DNA of 49,123 nucleotides from Nemertoderma westbladi (lineage: Eukaryota > Animalia > Xenacoelomorpha). Positions within the stretch are counted from its first letter, which is position 1. Every line of letters begins with the position of its first letter. A program made the position numbers and the translations under genes. Of this stretch, positions 14,801 through 24,904 are shown piece by piece. The notes beneath the pieces are model-generated. The model did not search any database and was not told the DNA's origin. It was given only the letters and a program-made list of their open reading frames with translations. The stretch is from positions 1 through 49,123 of the forward strand of contig JAUCBJ010004803.1 in NCBI GenBank assembly GCA_032718475.1, given 5' to 3'.

Positions 14801-17800
14801 TTGTGGGGAATTCCTGTGAAATTTGGCCTGCAGCGCAGCGGTTTTTGAGTAATACAGAAGGGTTTCCAGACCCAAGGTACCAAGACACCATTCTGGAGTC
14901 TGGAGGAGGGCTGATAACAATCATACTACACAACCATACAGTCATGTGCGTGCAGGCCTTTGTTTAATGTTTGCCAATTAAAATAAAACATACTGTGTTT
15001 CGATTAATCTTATACAGGTAATAGCACATTGCGATCTACTGTAGGTGGGTTTTCCCTTATGTAAGTAATAATAACTCTGGATGCTCCCTGTATTAAGGAT
15101 TATAGAAGCCCTGTAGGCACACTGTATAGAAAAAATTTACAGCAATTCGAATTGCCGCTTTAAATAAACAGCATTTCGTCACTAACTGCTACAAATATAC
15201 AACTAATTTGATTGATTGACAGAGACTAACAACGTTGTTAGGTTAGAATGTTGATACATTCTAAATTCAATATAGATTTCAACGAATTATTTTTATTATA
15301 TTCAAATTAAAGAATAATATTATGCATTAAATGCGATATTATAAAATGTGGCAATTGGCAATTGGCAATTTAATAGCTGTTTTCAATACTAAATGATCAA
15401 TTGATGGAATGGGGCAGGTTCCGGATGCACATTATACATTATTGTAACTAAATCAATAAACCAAAGTTAATATAACAAGTTATAGTTTTATTTTTGAATG
15501 TTATGAGCTGTTATTTGCGTCGATTTTTTCCCATGAGAGGGATGAAGTTTCATTGTGTGAAGGTGCGTTTATTAACATATAATTATATAGCAGAACTTAG
15601 TTGACATTTTGTCTCTTTTACATCATTACCAATATCCATGGAACATCAAGGGGATTATATCACTATCACAGCCGGGGGCTATTAAAATTTATCCAGCTAA
15701 CTTCCGACTAAATCCAACTAGATCCACGATTTTTGTTGGAAATAGGGTTCCACCTTGTGTCAACATGTTTTGTCTGCCATAGCCAACAATAGGAGCACTC
15801 GGATTTTTTTACTATGGACTCGGATTCAGGTGGATAAACGGCATTGTGGTGGAGCGCGTGACTGTACAACCTCAATGTACAACAGTGATAGTCCGAAAAC
15901 GATACCAAAAACGGAGTACTCGCACAAAAAATAAAGGTAAATTACGATCAATAAGTTTAGTAAATAATTTATAATGGTTGACGAAATCGAAGGCTTTTCA
16001 ACAATCAAGAAATACAGCATATACAGGGCTATATCATTAGTAAGGTAATATTGTATGATTTCTTTTAGCGTGTAAACACATAGTTCTCTACCTAGACCTT
16101 TTTTAGAACCAAATTGTGAGTCCGTTGTATGCAGGAGTTCAATATAACGATTAAGGTAAACAAGTTCTAGAATTTCACTTACAGAAGTAGATATAGCAAT
16201 GGTTATCTGAGTCAGTTATGTCTGCATTCTTATCCTTAACAAGAGGAATTAGATTGCTGTCCATAAGAGACTCAGGAATGTATCCGTGAACATTAATAAT
16301 AGAGAAAAGTAGAGATAGCTGTATGGATAGGCTAGCAGGACCATGCTTAAAATTCTCACTGACTAGCCCATCATCAGGTCCAGCACATTTACCACTAGCT
16401 AGATTACTTATCCCAAGTGACACTTCAACAGGCGATACAGCCATGTCTTTCGTGTAAATAATATTTATAAACTTATTTTCAACAGACCACTTAAGAGAAT
16501 CATTATTCACTGAGTTGTACAAATTAGAAAATGTATTTTTTTTAAATTCACAAATTTGCACATCCCCAACGGCACTACCAACCTTTCCAGACAAAGGGGT
16601 GCTCGAACATTCACATTGCGCCAGAAATTATTTACATTGTTACTGGTTAAAGAATTCGCAATACGGTCGCTACGAAGTTGCTGCTCATTAGACTTGCATT
16701 GACGCATTGAGCGTTTAAATGTCAGTTTCGATTTTATGTAAAGGTCATAAATTGGTCAAAAACGAGGACAGCCATTGGACCTCCAGATTTTAAAATTAAA
16801 CCTGGATTCGTCATAATGGTCCTTAACTAGATCATTCCAGCCTGGAACATGATTTTTATTTGAATTATTAACTGAGCTTTAATCAACTTTTTATACTAGC
16901 TCTAAAGTTAGATAATTTTTTATTATAAATAAACGACTGGGTAATAGACATGTTAGCTATTTATTTTGAAATAATTACTATTTCGCGTTTTCCGCATGTG
17001 AGGAGTCCAGCAACAAGTTTCCTGTGTTACCTTGAAGGTTTATAAATTACAGTATAAGTTAGTTAAAGTAACGAATGAAAGTGGAGTAGAGTACTGTATC
17101 TGTACTGTACAAACATACACTGACTGAAGTCGTGTTAGGTCCAGCCCCGTTAGATTCCTGATTTAACCTGATCCTTTCCTACTGGTATGGTACCTACTAC
17201 TACTACTACTAGGATCGGCATGCTGCATTGCAGCTGCATTTTTAAGAATGCTGTGCCGGCTTATCGGCAAAATTGCACCGCCACAACTCCCTATCACCCA
17301 TGACATTTGCTAGATCATCCGCATCTTCAAGGCCAGTGTCCTTTAAGATGCGTCTCAAAAAAGTCATGGGCTGTCCACCATGCTTATTCACTCCATGAGG
17401 CTGCCAAAGTACAAGATTATGCACTGGCTGGCCCTCACGGCGAAAGCAATGTCCTGCAAAGCGGAGGCGATTTTGTTCTAGTGTCAAGCTTGGGGGAACC
17501 AATGAGACACCTCCAATGTTATATAGTGTCTGGTTGGAGATGTGTGCATTGTACTTGACACAATGAATCCGGCGTAGCATTCTTGTGAATGTGCCATCCA
17601 GAGATTTGGTGTCCTCAGCAGTTAGAGCCCAGCATGGACTCCCATAGAGGAGTACTGGAACTACTGCTGCTCTAAATAATCGGACCTTAAGTTTCCGATT
17701 AATTCTTGGTGACTTCCAAATTCTGGAAAGCCTATTCAAGGCTGCCCATGCCTTTCCCTTACGTATTCGAAGGTCCTCACCTGACTTCCGGATCCATGAT

Positions 17801-19414
17801 CCCAGGTAACAGAAGTCATCCACATGCTCAAGCATACCATCTTTTGAGCTTATGCTCATCCGATCAGAGACTTGCTGAGGACTTTCAAAGTTAACTGTCA
17901 AAATTTTGGTCTTTCTGGAGTTAATAAAAAGACTAACACTAGAAGCAGCATGTTCTAATGAGCTGAGGAGCCGTTGGGCTCCCTCTAGTGATTCTGAGAG
18001 TACTCCTAAGTCATCAGCAAAGTCTAGATCAGTTAGGTACTTGGCAGGATTTCCTCGACTTCTGGAGCCAGTAGGTGGAGTTATCATCACCTCATCATCA
18101 TTATGGTGATCTAAGGACATGCGTAGAACATAGTCAACAACAATTATGAACAAGAATGGTGCAAGGGTGTCTCCCTGGAGGACGCCCCATAACACTTCAA
18201 ATGGTTCTGTGTCACCGTCAACAGTAGACACAAATGTTGTCGAACCATCATATACTGATCTGATTGCTGCAATAATTTCATCAGGAATCCCATATAATGA
18301 AAGTATGCTGAACATACGTGAGCGAGAGACTGAATCAAAGGCCTTGAAGAAGTCAACAAAGATAACAGCCAGATGTCTGTCTTTCTTTTTTGATAACTCT
18401 TCAACTATCCTTCTAAGTGCCAAAATGGGCTCCATGGTCCCACGACCTTTACGGGACCCATTCTGATTTCCATGGAGCAGTCTCTCAATGGGATCCCTGA
18501 TGCGATTTAATATAATTATATTGTATAGCTTTGCAGCAATCGAGATCAATGAGATTCCCCGAAAAGAACCATAGAGTGTTAGGTTGCCCTTCTTGGGAAC
18601 TGGCACCAACTTATTTGTTTTCATTTCTTGTGGGACTCTTGTTGTTCGGTACATGTCTACTATGATGGGATAGATGAGCTTTAAACACTCAGGTATTTTA
18701 AAGACCGCAGGGGGAACACCATCTACTCCACTGGCACAATTGGTCTTAATGCTCTTTGCAGCAGCCGAAACAATCCATTTCCAGAGATAAAATCCTGAAG
18801 ATGGACGGAATCTCGGTTAACACTATTGCTATAGACCCAGGGAGATGTAGGTGATTGATGCAGACTTGCATTAAAGTCTCCCAGGAATGTTAAGAATGCA
18901 TGCTGATCCACTCCATCAGTAGCTGCTTGTAGATTCTGGTAGAAATTTTCCACCGTTTTTTTACCTCCTCTACAGGGGCAACACTAGTTGGAGAGTAGCA
19001 CACAATCAGAACCACCTTAGGAAACTTCTTAGCTTAATGGTACCTAACATTGTAACATTCAAGGGACCTAACCGCCTGTTGGACATGTCTCAGTGGAACC
19101 TAAGTGGTGGAAAGTCTTACCCAATGGAACCTAATGTGACGTTTATTTTTAGTGATATAATTATTTTTAGTGGATTTGCAATATTTTTTTTTGTTATGAT
19201 ATATATTATATAGTAATAAAACTTGTGTTTATACAGTACAAATGTTTATCGAGGAAAGAGTAATCTATTTTCTCTCGCTTTGTTTTTAGGTGAAGATTGG
19301 AGGGAAATTGGAAAAACTCATTTCCTTGATCATTCATCGATGAGTTTTAAGAAAACAGTTTCATTCCAGCTGACAGATGACCTTCTACAACCAGCCAAAC
19401 CCTGGCTAGATTAA
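11819..19414 (+). CDS. LicD/fukutin-family nucleotidyltransferase-fold protein, 4 exons: 11819-12011, 12407-12607, 13362-13574, 19290-19414 (732 nt, 243 aa)
   Basis: Kozak context CCACCATGG. Three GT-AG introns, all phase 1, join in frame. The splice reconstitutes the LicD signature [26 protein letters not shown], then YPFVDIW and P..PYDYLNRYLGEDW across the exon 3/4 junction. Confidence 0.88.
12925..13317. mobile_element. Interspersed repeat copy 1 (Tc1/mariner-like MITE end) in LicD intron 2
   Basis: Homologous to 14200-14566 (AAACGCTTGTAGCTAAAGATTGAAAGCAAAA..GGCTCACCCAGT). Ends in GGACATAGTGT. Confidence 0.6.
13984..14142. repeat. 50-bp tandem repeat, about 3.2 copies
   Basis: TAACATTACATCCAGAGCGAGAAGTAATGTAGGCTCTAGCTCTAAACGAA at 13984, 14034 and 14084. 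Confidence 0.95.
14200..14566. mobile_element. Interspersed repeat copy 2 (Tc1/mariner-like MITE end) in LicD intron 3
   Basis: Homologous to 12925-13317. Ends in GGACATGGTGTA, resembling a TA-flanked CAC-starting TIR on the minus strand. Confidence 0.6.
15870..16860 (-). pseudogene. Decayed non-LTR retrotransposon (CR1/L2-group-like) ORF2 fragment: pre-RT region and N-terminal RT
   Basis: Frameshifted pieces PGWNDLVKDHY..WRSNG, NNFWRNV, SGKCAGPD, LIPLVKDKNADITDSDN and a KAFDFVNH-like motif. It does not reach the YADD motif. Confidence 0.75.
17197..19036 (-). mobile_element. RTE-clade non-LTR retrotransposon, 5'-truncated and internally deleted
   Basis: APE endonuclease remnant (CYSPT, FLGDFNA; about 18765-19036) joined out of frame to an RT. 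(TAG)n tail at 17197-17212. 10-bp TSD ATGGTACCTA at 17187-17196 and 19037-19046. Confidence 0.9.
17242..18654 (-). CDS. Reverse transcriptase of the RTE element (frame extends upstream to about 18762)
   Basis: Motifs FRGISL, FVDFFKAFDSV, GVLQGDTLAPFLF, LDFADD, FCYLGS, VLLYGS and RLRFAGHC, typical of RTE ORFs. Confidence 0.9.
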   Translation of the reverse strand: MYRTTRVPQEMKTNKLVPVPKKGNLTLYGSFRGISLISIAAKLYNIIILNRIRDPIERLLHGNQNGSRKGRGTMEPILALRRIVEELSKKKDRHLAVIFVDFFKAFDSVSRSRMFSILSLYGIPDEIIAAIRSVYDGSTTFVSTVDGDTEPFEVLWGVLQGDTLAPFLFIIVVDYVLRMSLDHHNDDEVMITPPTGSRSRGNPAKYLTDLDFADDLGVLSESLEGAQRLLSSLEHAASSVSLFINSRKTKILTVNFESPQQVSDRMSISSKDGMLEHVDDFCYLGSWIRKSGEDLRIRKGKAWAALNRLSRIWKSPRINRKLKVRLFRAAVVPVLLYGSPCWALTAEDTKSLDGTFTRMLRRIHCVKYNAHISNQTLYNIGGVSLVPPSLTLEQNRLRFAGHCFRREGQPVHNLVLWQPHGVNKHGGQPMTFLRRILKDTGLEDADDLANVMGDRELWRCNFADKPAQHS

Positions 19415-22400
19415 ACCGCTCCTTCTACAACCAGCCAAACCCTGGCTAGATTAAACCGCTCATTCTGCAACCAGCCAAACCCTGGCTAGATTAAACCGCT
19501 GAATTAAATCCCGGATTAAATCACTCCTTCTACAACCAACCAACCCTGGCTGGATTAAACCGCTCCTTCTACAACCACCCAAACTCTGGCTGGACTAAAC
19601 CGCTCCTTCTGCAACCAGCTAAACCCTGGCTGGATTAAACCGCTCCTTCTGCAACCAGCCAAACCCTGGCTAGATTAAACCGCGCATTCTGCAACCAACC
19701 AAACCCTGGCTGGATTAAATCACTCCTTCTACAACCAACCAACCCTGGCTGGAGTAAACCGCTCCTTCTACAACCAACCAAACCCTGGCTGGATTAAACC
19801 GCTCCTTCTACAACCACCCAAACTCTGGCTGGACTAAACCGCTCCTTCTGCAACCAGCTAAACCCTGGCTGGATTAAACCGCTCCTTCTGCAACCAGCCA
19901 AACCCTGGCTGGATTAAACCGATCCTTCTGCAACCAACCAAACCCTGGCTGGATTAAATCACTCCTTCTACAACCAACCAACCCTGGCTGGAGTAAACCG
20001 CTCCTTCTACAACCACCCAAACCCTGGCTGGATTAAACCGCTCCTTCTACAACCACCCAAACCCTGGCTGGACTAAACCGCTCCTTCTGCAACCAGCTAC
20101 ACTAAACCCTGGCTGGATTAAACCGCTCCTTCTGCAACCAGCCAAACCCTGGCTGGATTAAACCGCTCCTTCTGCAACCAACCAAACCCTGGCTGGATTA
20201 AATCACTCCTTCTACAACCAACCAACCCTGGCTGGAGTAAACCGCTCCTTCTACAACCAACCAAACCCTGGCTGGATTAAACCGATCCTTCTGCAACCAG
20301 CCAAACCCTGGCTGGATTAAACCGCTCCTTCTACAACCAACCAACCCTGGCTGGAGTAAACCACTCCTTCTACAACCAACCAACCCTGGCTGGAGTAAAC
20401 CACTCCTTCTACAACCAACCAAACCCTGGCTGGATTAAACCGCTCCTTCTACAACCAACTAAACTCTGGCTGGATTAAACCGCTCCTTCTGCAACCAGCC
20501 AAACCCTGGCTGGATTAAACCGCTCCTTCTACAACCAACCAAACCCTGGCTGGATTAAACCGCTCCTTCTACAACCAACCAAACCCTGGCTGGATTAAAC
20601 CGCTCCTTCTACAACCAACCAAACCCTGGCTGGATTAAACCGATCCTTCTGCAACCAACCAAACCCTGGCTGGATTAAACCGCTCCTTCTGCAACCAACC
20701 AAACCCTGGCTGGATTAAATCACTCCTTCTACAACCAACCAACCCTGGCTGGAGTAAACCGCTCCTTCTACAACCACCCAAACCCTGGCTGGATTAAACC
20801 GATCCTTCTGCAACCAGCCAAACCCTGGCTGGATTAAACCGCTCCTTCTACAACCAACCAAACCCTGGCTGGATTAAATCACTCCTTCTACAACCAACCA
20901 ACCAACCCTGGCTGGAGTAAACCACTCCTTCTACAACCAACCAACCCTGGCTGGAGTAAACCACTCCTTCTACAACCAACCAAACCCTGGCTGGATTAAA
21001 CCGCTCCTTCTACAACCAACTAAACTCTGGCTGGATTAAACCGCTCCTTCTGCAACCAGCCAAACCCTGGCTGGATTAAACCGCTCCTTCTACAACCAGC
21101 CAAACCCTGGCTGGATTAAACCGCTCCTGCAACCAGCCAAACCCTGGCTGGATTAAACCGCTCCTTCTACAACCAACTAAACTCTGGCTGGATTAAACCG
21201 CTCCTTCTGCAACCAGCCAAACCCTGGCTGGATTAAACCGCTCCTTCTACAACCAACTAAACTCTGGCTGGAATAAACCGCTCCTTCTACAACCAGCCAA
21301 ACCCTGGCTGGATTAAACCGCTCCTTCTACAACCAACTAAACTCTGGCTGGATTAAACCGCTCCTTCTACAACCAGCCAAACCCTGGCTGGATTAAACCG
21401 CTCCTTCTGCAACCAGCTAAACCCTGGCTGGATTAAACCGCTCCTTCTGCAACCAGCCAAACCCTGGCTAGATTAAACCGCGCATTCTGCAACCAACCAA
21501 ACCCTGGCTGGATTAAATCACTCCTTCTACAACCAACCAACCCTGGCTGGAGTAAACCGCTCCTTCTACAACCAACCAAACCCTGGCTGGATTAAACCGA
21601 TCCTTCTGCAACCAGCCAAACCCTGGCTGGATTAAACCGCTCCTTCTGCAACCAACCAAACCCTGGCTGGATTAAACCGCTCCTTCTAGGCAACCAGACC
21701 AAACCCTGGCTGGATTAAACCGCTCCTTCTACAACCAACCAAACCCTGGCTGGATTAAACCGCTCCTTCTACAACCAACCAAACCCTGGCTGGATTAAAC
21801 CGCTCCTTCTACAACCAACCAAACCCTGGCTGGATTAAACCGCTCCTTCTGCAACCAGCCAAACCCTGGCTGGATTAAACCGCTCCTTCTACAACCAACC
21901 AAACCCTGGCTGGATTAAACCGCTCCTTCTACAACCAACTAAACTCTGGCTGGATTAAACCGCTCCTTCTACAACCAACTAAACTCTGGCTGGATTAAAC
22001 CGCTCCTTCTGCAACCAGCCAAACCCTGGCTGGATTAAACCGCTCCTTCTACAACCAACTAAACTCTGGCTGGATTAAACCGCTCCTTCTGCAACCAGCC
22101 AAACCCTGGCTGGATTAAACCGCTCCTTCTACAACCAACCAAACCCTGGCTGGATTAAACCGCTCCTTCTACAACCAACCAAACCCTGGCTGGATTAAAC
22201 CGCTCCTTCTACAACCAACTAAACTCTGGCTGGATTAAACCGCTCCTTCTGCAACCAGCCAAACCCTGGCTGGATTAAACCGCTCCTTCTACAACCAACC
22301 AAACCCTGGCTGGATTAAACCGCTCCTTCTACAACCAACTAAACTCTGGCTGGATTAAACCGCTCCTTCTGCAACCAGCCAAACCCTGGCTGGATTAAAC

Positions 22401-22565
22401 CGCTCCTTCTGCAACCAGCCAAACCCTGGCTGGATTAAACCGCTCCTTCTGCAACCAGCCAAACCCTGGCTGGATTAAACCGATCCTTCTACAACCAACT
22501 AAACTCTGGCTGGATTAAACCGCTCCTGCAACCAGCCAAACCCTGGCTGGATTAAACCAGCCAAA
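19381..22565. repeat. 40-bp minisatellite (CCTTCTACAACCAGCCAAACCCTGGCTGGATTAAACCGCT), about 80 copies
   Basis: Direct periodicity. The first unit is the final codons and stop of the LicD gene. Confidence 0.97.
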
Positions 22566-22589
22566 ATATGGTTGGATTAAACTCGCGAT

Positions 22590-24290
22590 TTCATCAGAGG
22601 AGCTTAACTAATTTCTCTAAACCAATACCCATAATCAGACCGGAATCCGTCTATGTATCTGGTATCATTGTGAATCGAAGTTCGAAGTTGATTTCTTTTC
22701 CCTTTTCCTTCTCTGAATAACTAACCATCCGTCGTCACATTCGATTTCATCTTTTGGACCGACATCGAGTAGGAAACCGATAACTATTCTGTTACTTTCC
22801 CCACCAGCACAAGGAATGTCTGCAGATGTGACCGAATTTAAAAACGTACGATAATCTGCCTCTTCTGTGCACCTCATTGCCGAATCCATATAATCCTCTA
22901 AAATTTCTTGAATGTCTCTCAAGTTATCTTTATACTTCTCCAGAACCGCTTTCCGTCTCATGTAATCTCGTATTAAGTTCGCCAACACCTTCAATGTAGC
23001 CGCATTGGTCATAATAACGGTAATCAGTACGAAGACCAACCAGAACTTCCTTGACTTAAACATTCCGAGAATCTTTTACTCTAACTAAATCATTTCTGGT
23101 CCTTCCATCCAATCATCATTACGATCAGTATTCTTCTGAATATCGTTATTATCAATTTTAATTTGATTATCAAGAGTATTCTTTCTATTCTTCTGTTCTT
23201 CTTTGATTATTTATCTTTATTCTTCTCATATTTCCATTGATTCTCACCCCCCCCCCCCTGATTCTCATGATTGCGGTACCTGCGGTACGACTGCGGTACC
23301 TGTGGTACGACTGCGGTACCTGTGGTACGACTGCGTACCTGTGGTACGACTGCGGTACCTGTGGTACGACTGCGGTACCTGTGGTACGACTGCGGTACCT
23401 GTGGTACGACTGCGGTACCTGTGGTACGACTGCGGTACCTGTGGTACGACTGCGGTACCTGTGGTACGACTGCGGTACCTGTGGTACGACTGCGGTACCT
23501 GTGGTACGACTGCGAGTACCTGTGGTACGACTGCGGTACCTGTGGTACGACTGCGTACCTGTGGTACGACTGCGGTACCTGTGGTACGACTGCGGTACCT
23601 GTGGTACGTCTGCGGTACCTGTGGTACGACTGCGGTACCTGTGGTACGACTGCGGTACCTGTGGTACGTCTGCGGTACCTGTGGTACGACTGCGGTACGA
23701 CTGCGGTACCTGTGGTACGACTGCGGTACCTGTGGTACGACTGCGGTACCTGTGGTACGACTGCGGTACCTGTGGTACGACTGCGGTACCTGTGGTACGA
23801 CTGCGGTACCTGCGGTACGACTGCGGTACCTGTGGTACGACTGCGGTACCTGTGGTACGACTGCGGTACCTGTGGTACGACTGCAGTACCTGTGGTACGA
23901 CTGCAGTACCTGCTGTACGACTGCGGTACCTGTGGTACGACTGCAGTACCTGCTGTACGACTGCGGTACCTGTGGTACGACTGCAGTACCTGCTGTACGA
24001 CTGCGGTACCTGTGGTACGACTGCAGTACCTGCTGTACGACTGCGGTACCTGTGGTACGACTACGTTACCTGTGGTACGTCTGCGGTACCTGTGGTACGA
24101 CTGCGGTACCTGTGGTACGACTGCGGTACCTGCTGGTACGACTGCGGTACCTGTGGTACCTGTGGTACGACTGCGGTACCTGTGGTACGACTGCAGTACC
24201 TGGTTTAGTATCATCACAATGCTGCAATGGTGGGGTTTCCGGGTTGTTCGCGCTGTTTTGTCATTTTCAATTTCGACTTCTCCATAAACA
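22590..24290 (-). pseudogene. Disrupted paralog of the FReD gene at 28710-29915
   Basis: KFWLVFVLITVIMTN, DIPCA and VGPKDEIECDDGWLVIQRR match the intact copy. It has in-frame stops near 23080, a frameshift near 22665, truncation at about 22590, and a 20-bp array in the 5' part. Confidence 0.85.
23272..24202. repeat. 20-bp GC-rich minisatellite (CTGCGGTACCTGTGGTACGA), about 46 copies
   Basis: Direct periodicity. It produces the stop-free repetitive ORFs in several frames. Confidence 0.97.
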
Positions 24291-24636
24291 ATTTGTTCTG
24301 ATAAAAGTATACAAATAAAGCTCAAAACAAGTTTTAAATTGTTAATTGTTTTTATAACGACTTGGCTTATTCACCATTCCAGAAGCACTTAAACTATTAT
24401 AGTAATTAATAATTTATAAATAATTATAATAATTATTAAGTTAGTTACTTAGTTACAATAATTATTATGTTAAATAAAACCACCTTTGGTAATATGAATA
24501 ATAGATAAATCTCAGAAATATATATAATTGAAATTAAATGTTAATATTTTTGTTCCATCGAATTTAATCAGTTTAAAATCGAATTTTTTTCATCGAATTT
24601 AATCATTTAATCAATTTAAATAACCATCAATCTAAC

Positions 24637-24904
24637 GGTATTAGTGTGGACTGTGGCCCCATTTTTGGAAAATTTATGGCATCGTATTTTGTTGTTAATT
24701 TGAATGTATAATATCAAGGAGACTTGTTCTAGAACATTGTAAATACAAAGAAATACAAAAACATATATTTATATATGTGTTAAATATATATGACATGTTA
24801 TACATCTATATATATATATAATGTTAAATACATATGTAAATTAGATAACCGTAGATCTTTTCGTGATGATAGTGAAAAAAAGGGCCCCAGGCCACACCAA
24901 TTCC
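24637..24904. mobile_element. Mutator-like MITE
   Basis: Imperfect TIRs GGTATTAGTGTGGACTGTGGCCCC / GGGCCCCAGGCCACACCAATTCC. Flanked by 9-bp CAATCTAAC (24628-24636, 24905-24913), although the target is itself a repeat. Confidence 0.6.

Noticed and set aside
17307-18466. Short plus-strand ORFs over the RTE, and similar antisense ORFs over the FReD and Gag genes
   Set aside because: Shadow ORFs of genuine coding sequence on the opposite strand or in another frame.
19381-22565. CRISPR-like array (also considered for the 39-bp and 34-bp palindromic repeats)
   Set aside because: Units are head-to-tail with no unique spacers, there are no cas genes, and the context is eukaryotic.
23203-24325. Cys-rich ORFs of 320-370 aa in four frames
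   Set aside because: By-product of a stop-free 20-bp repeat whose length is not a multiple of three.
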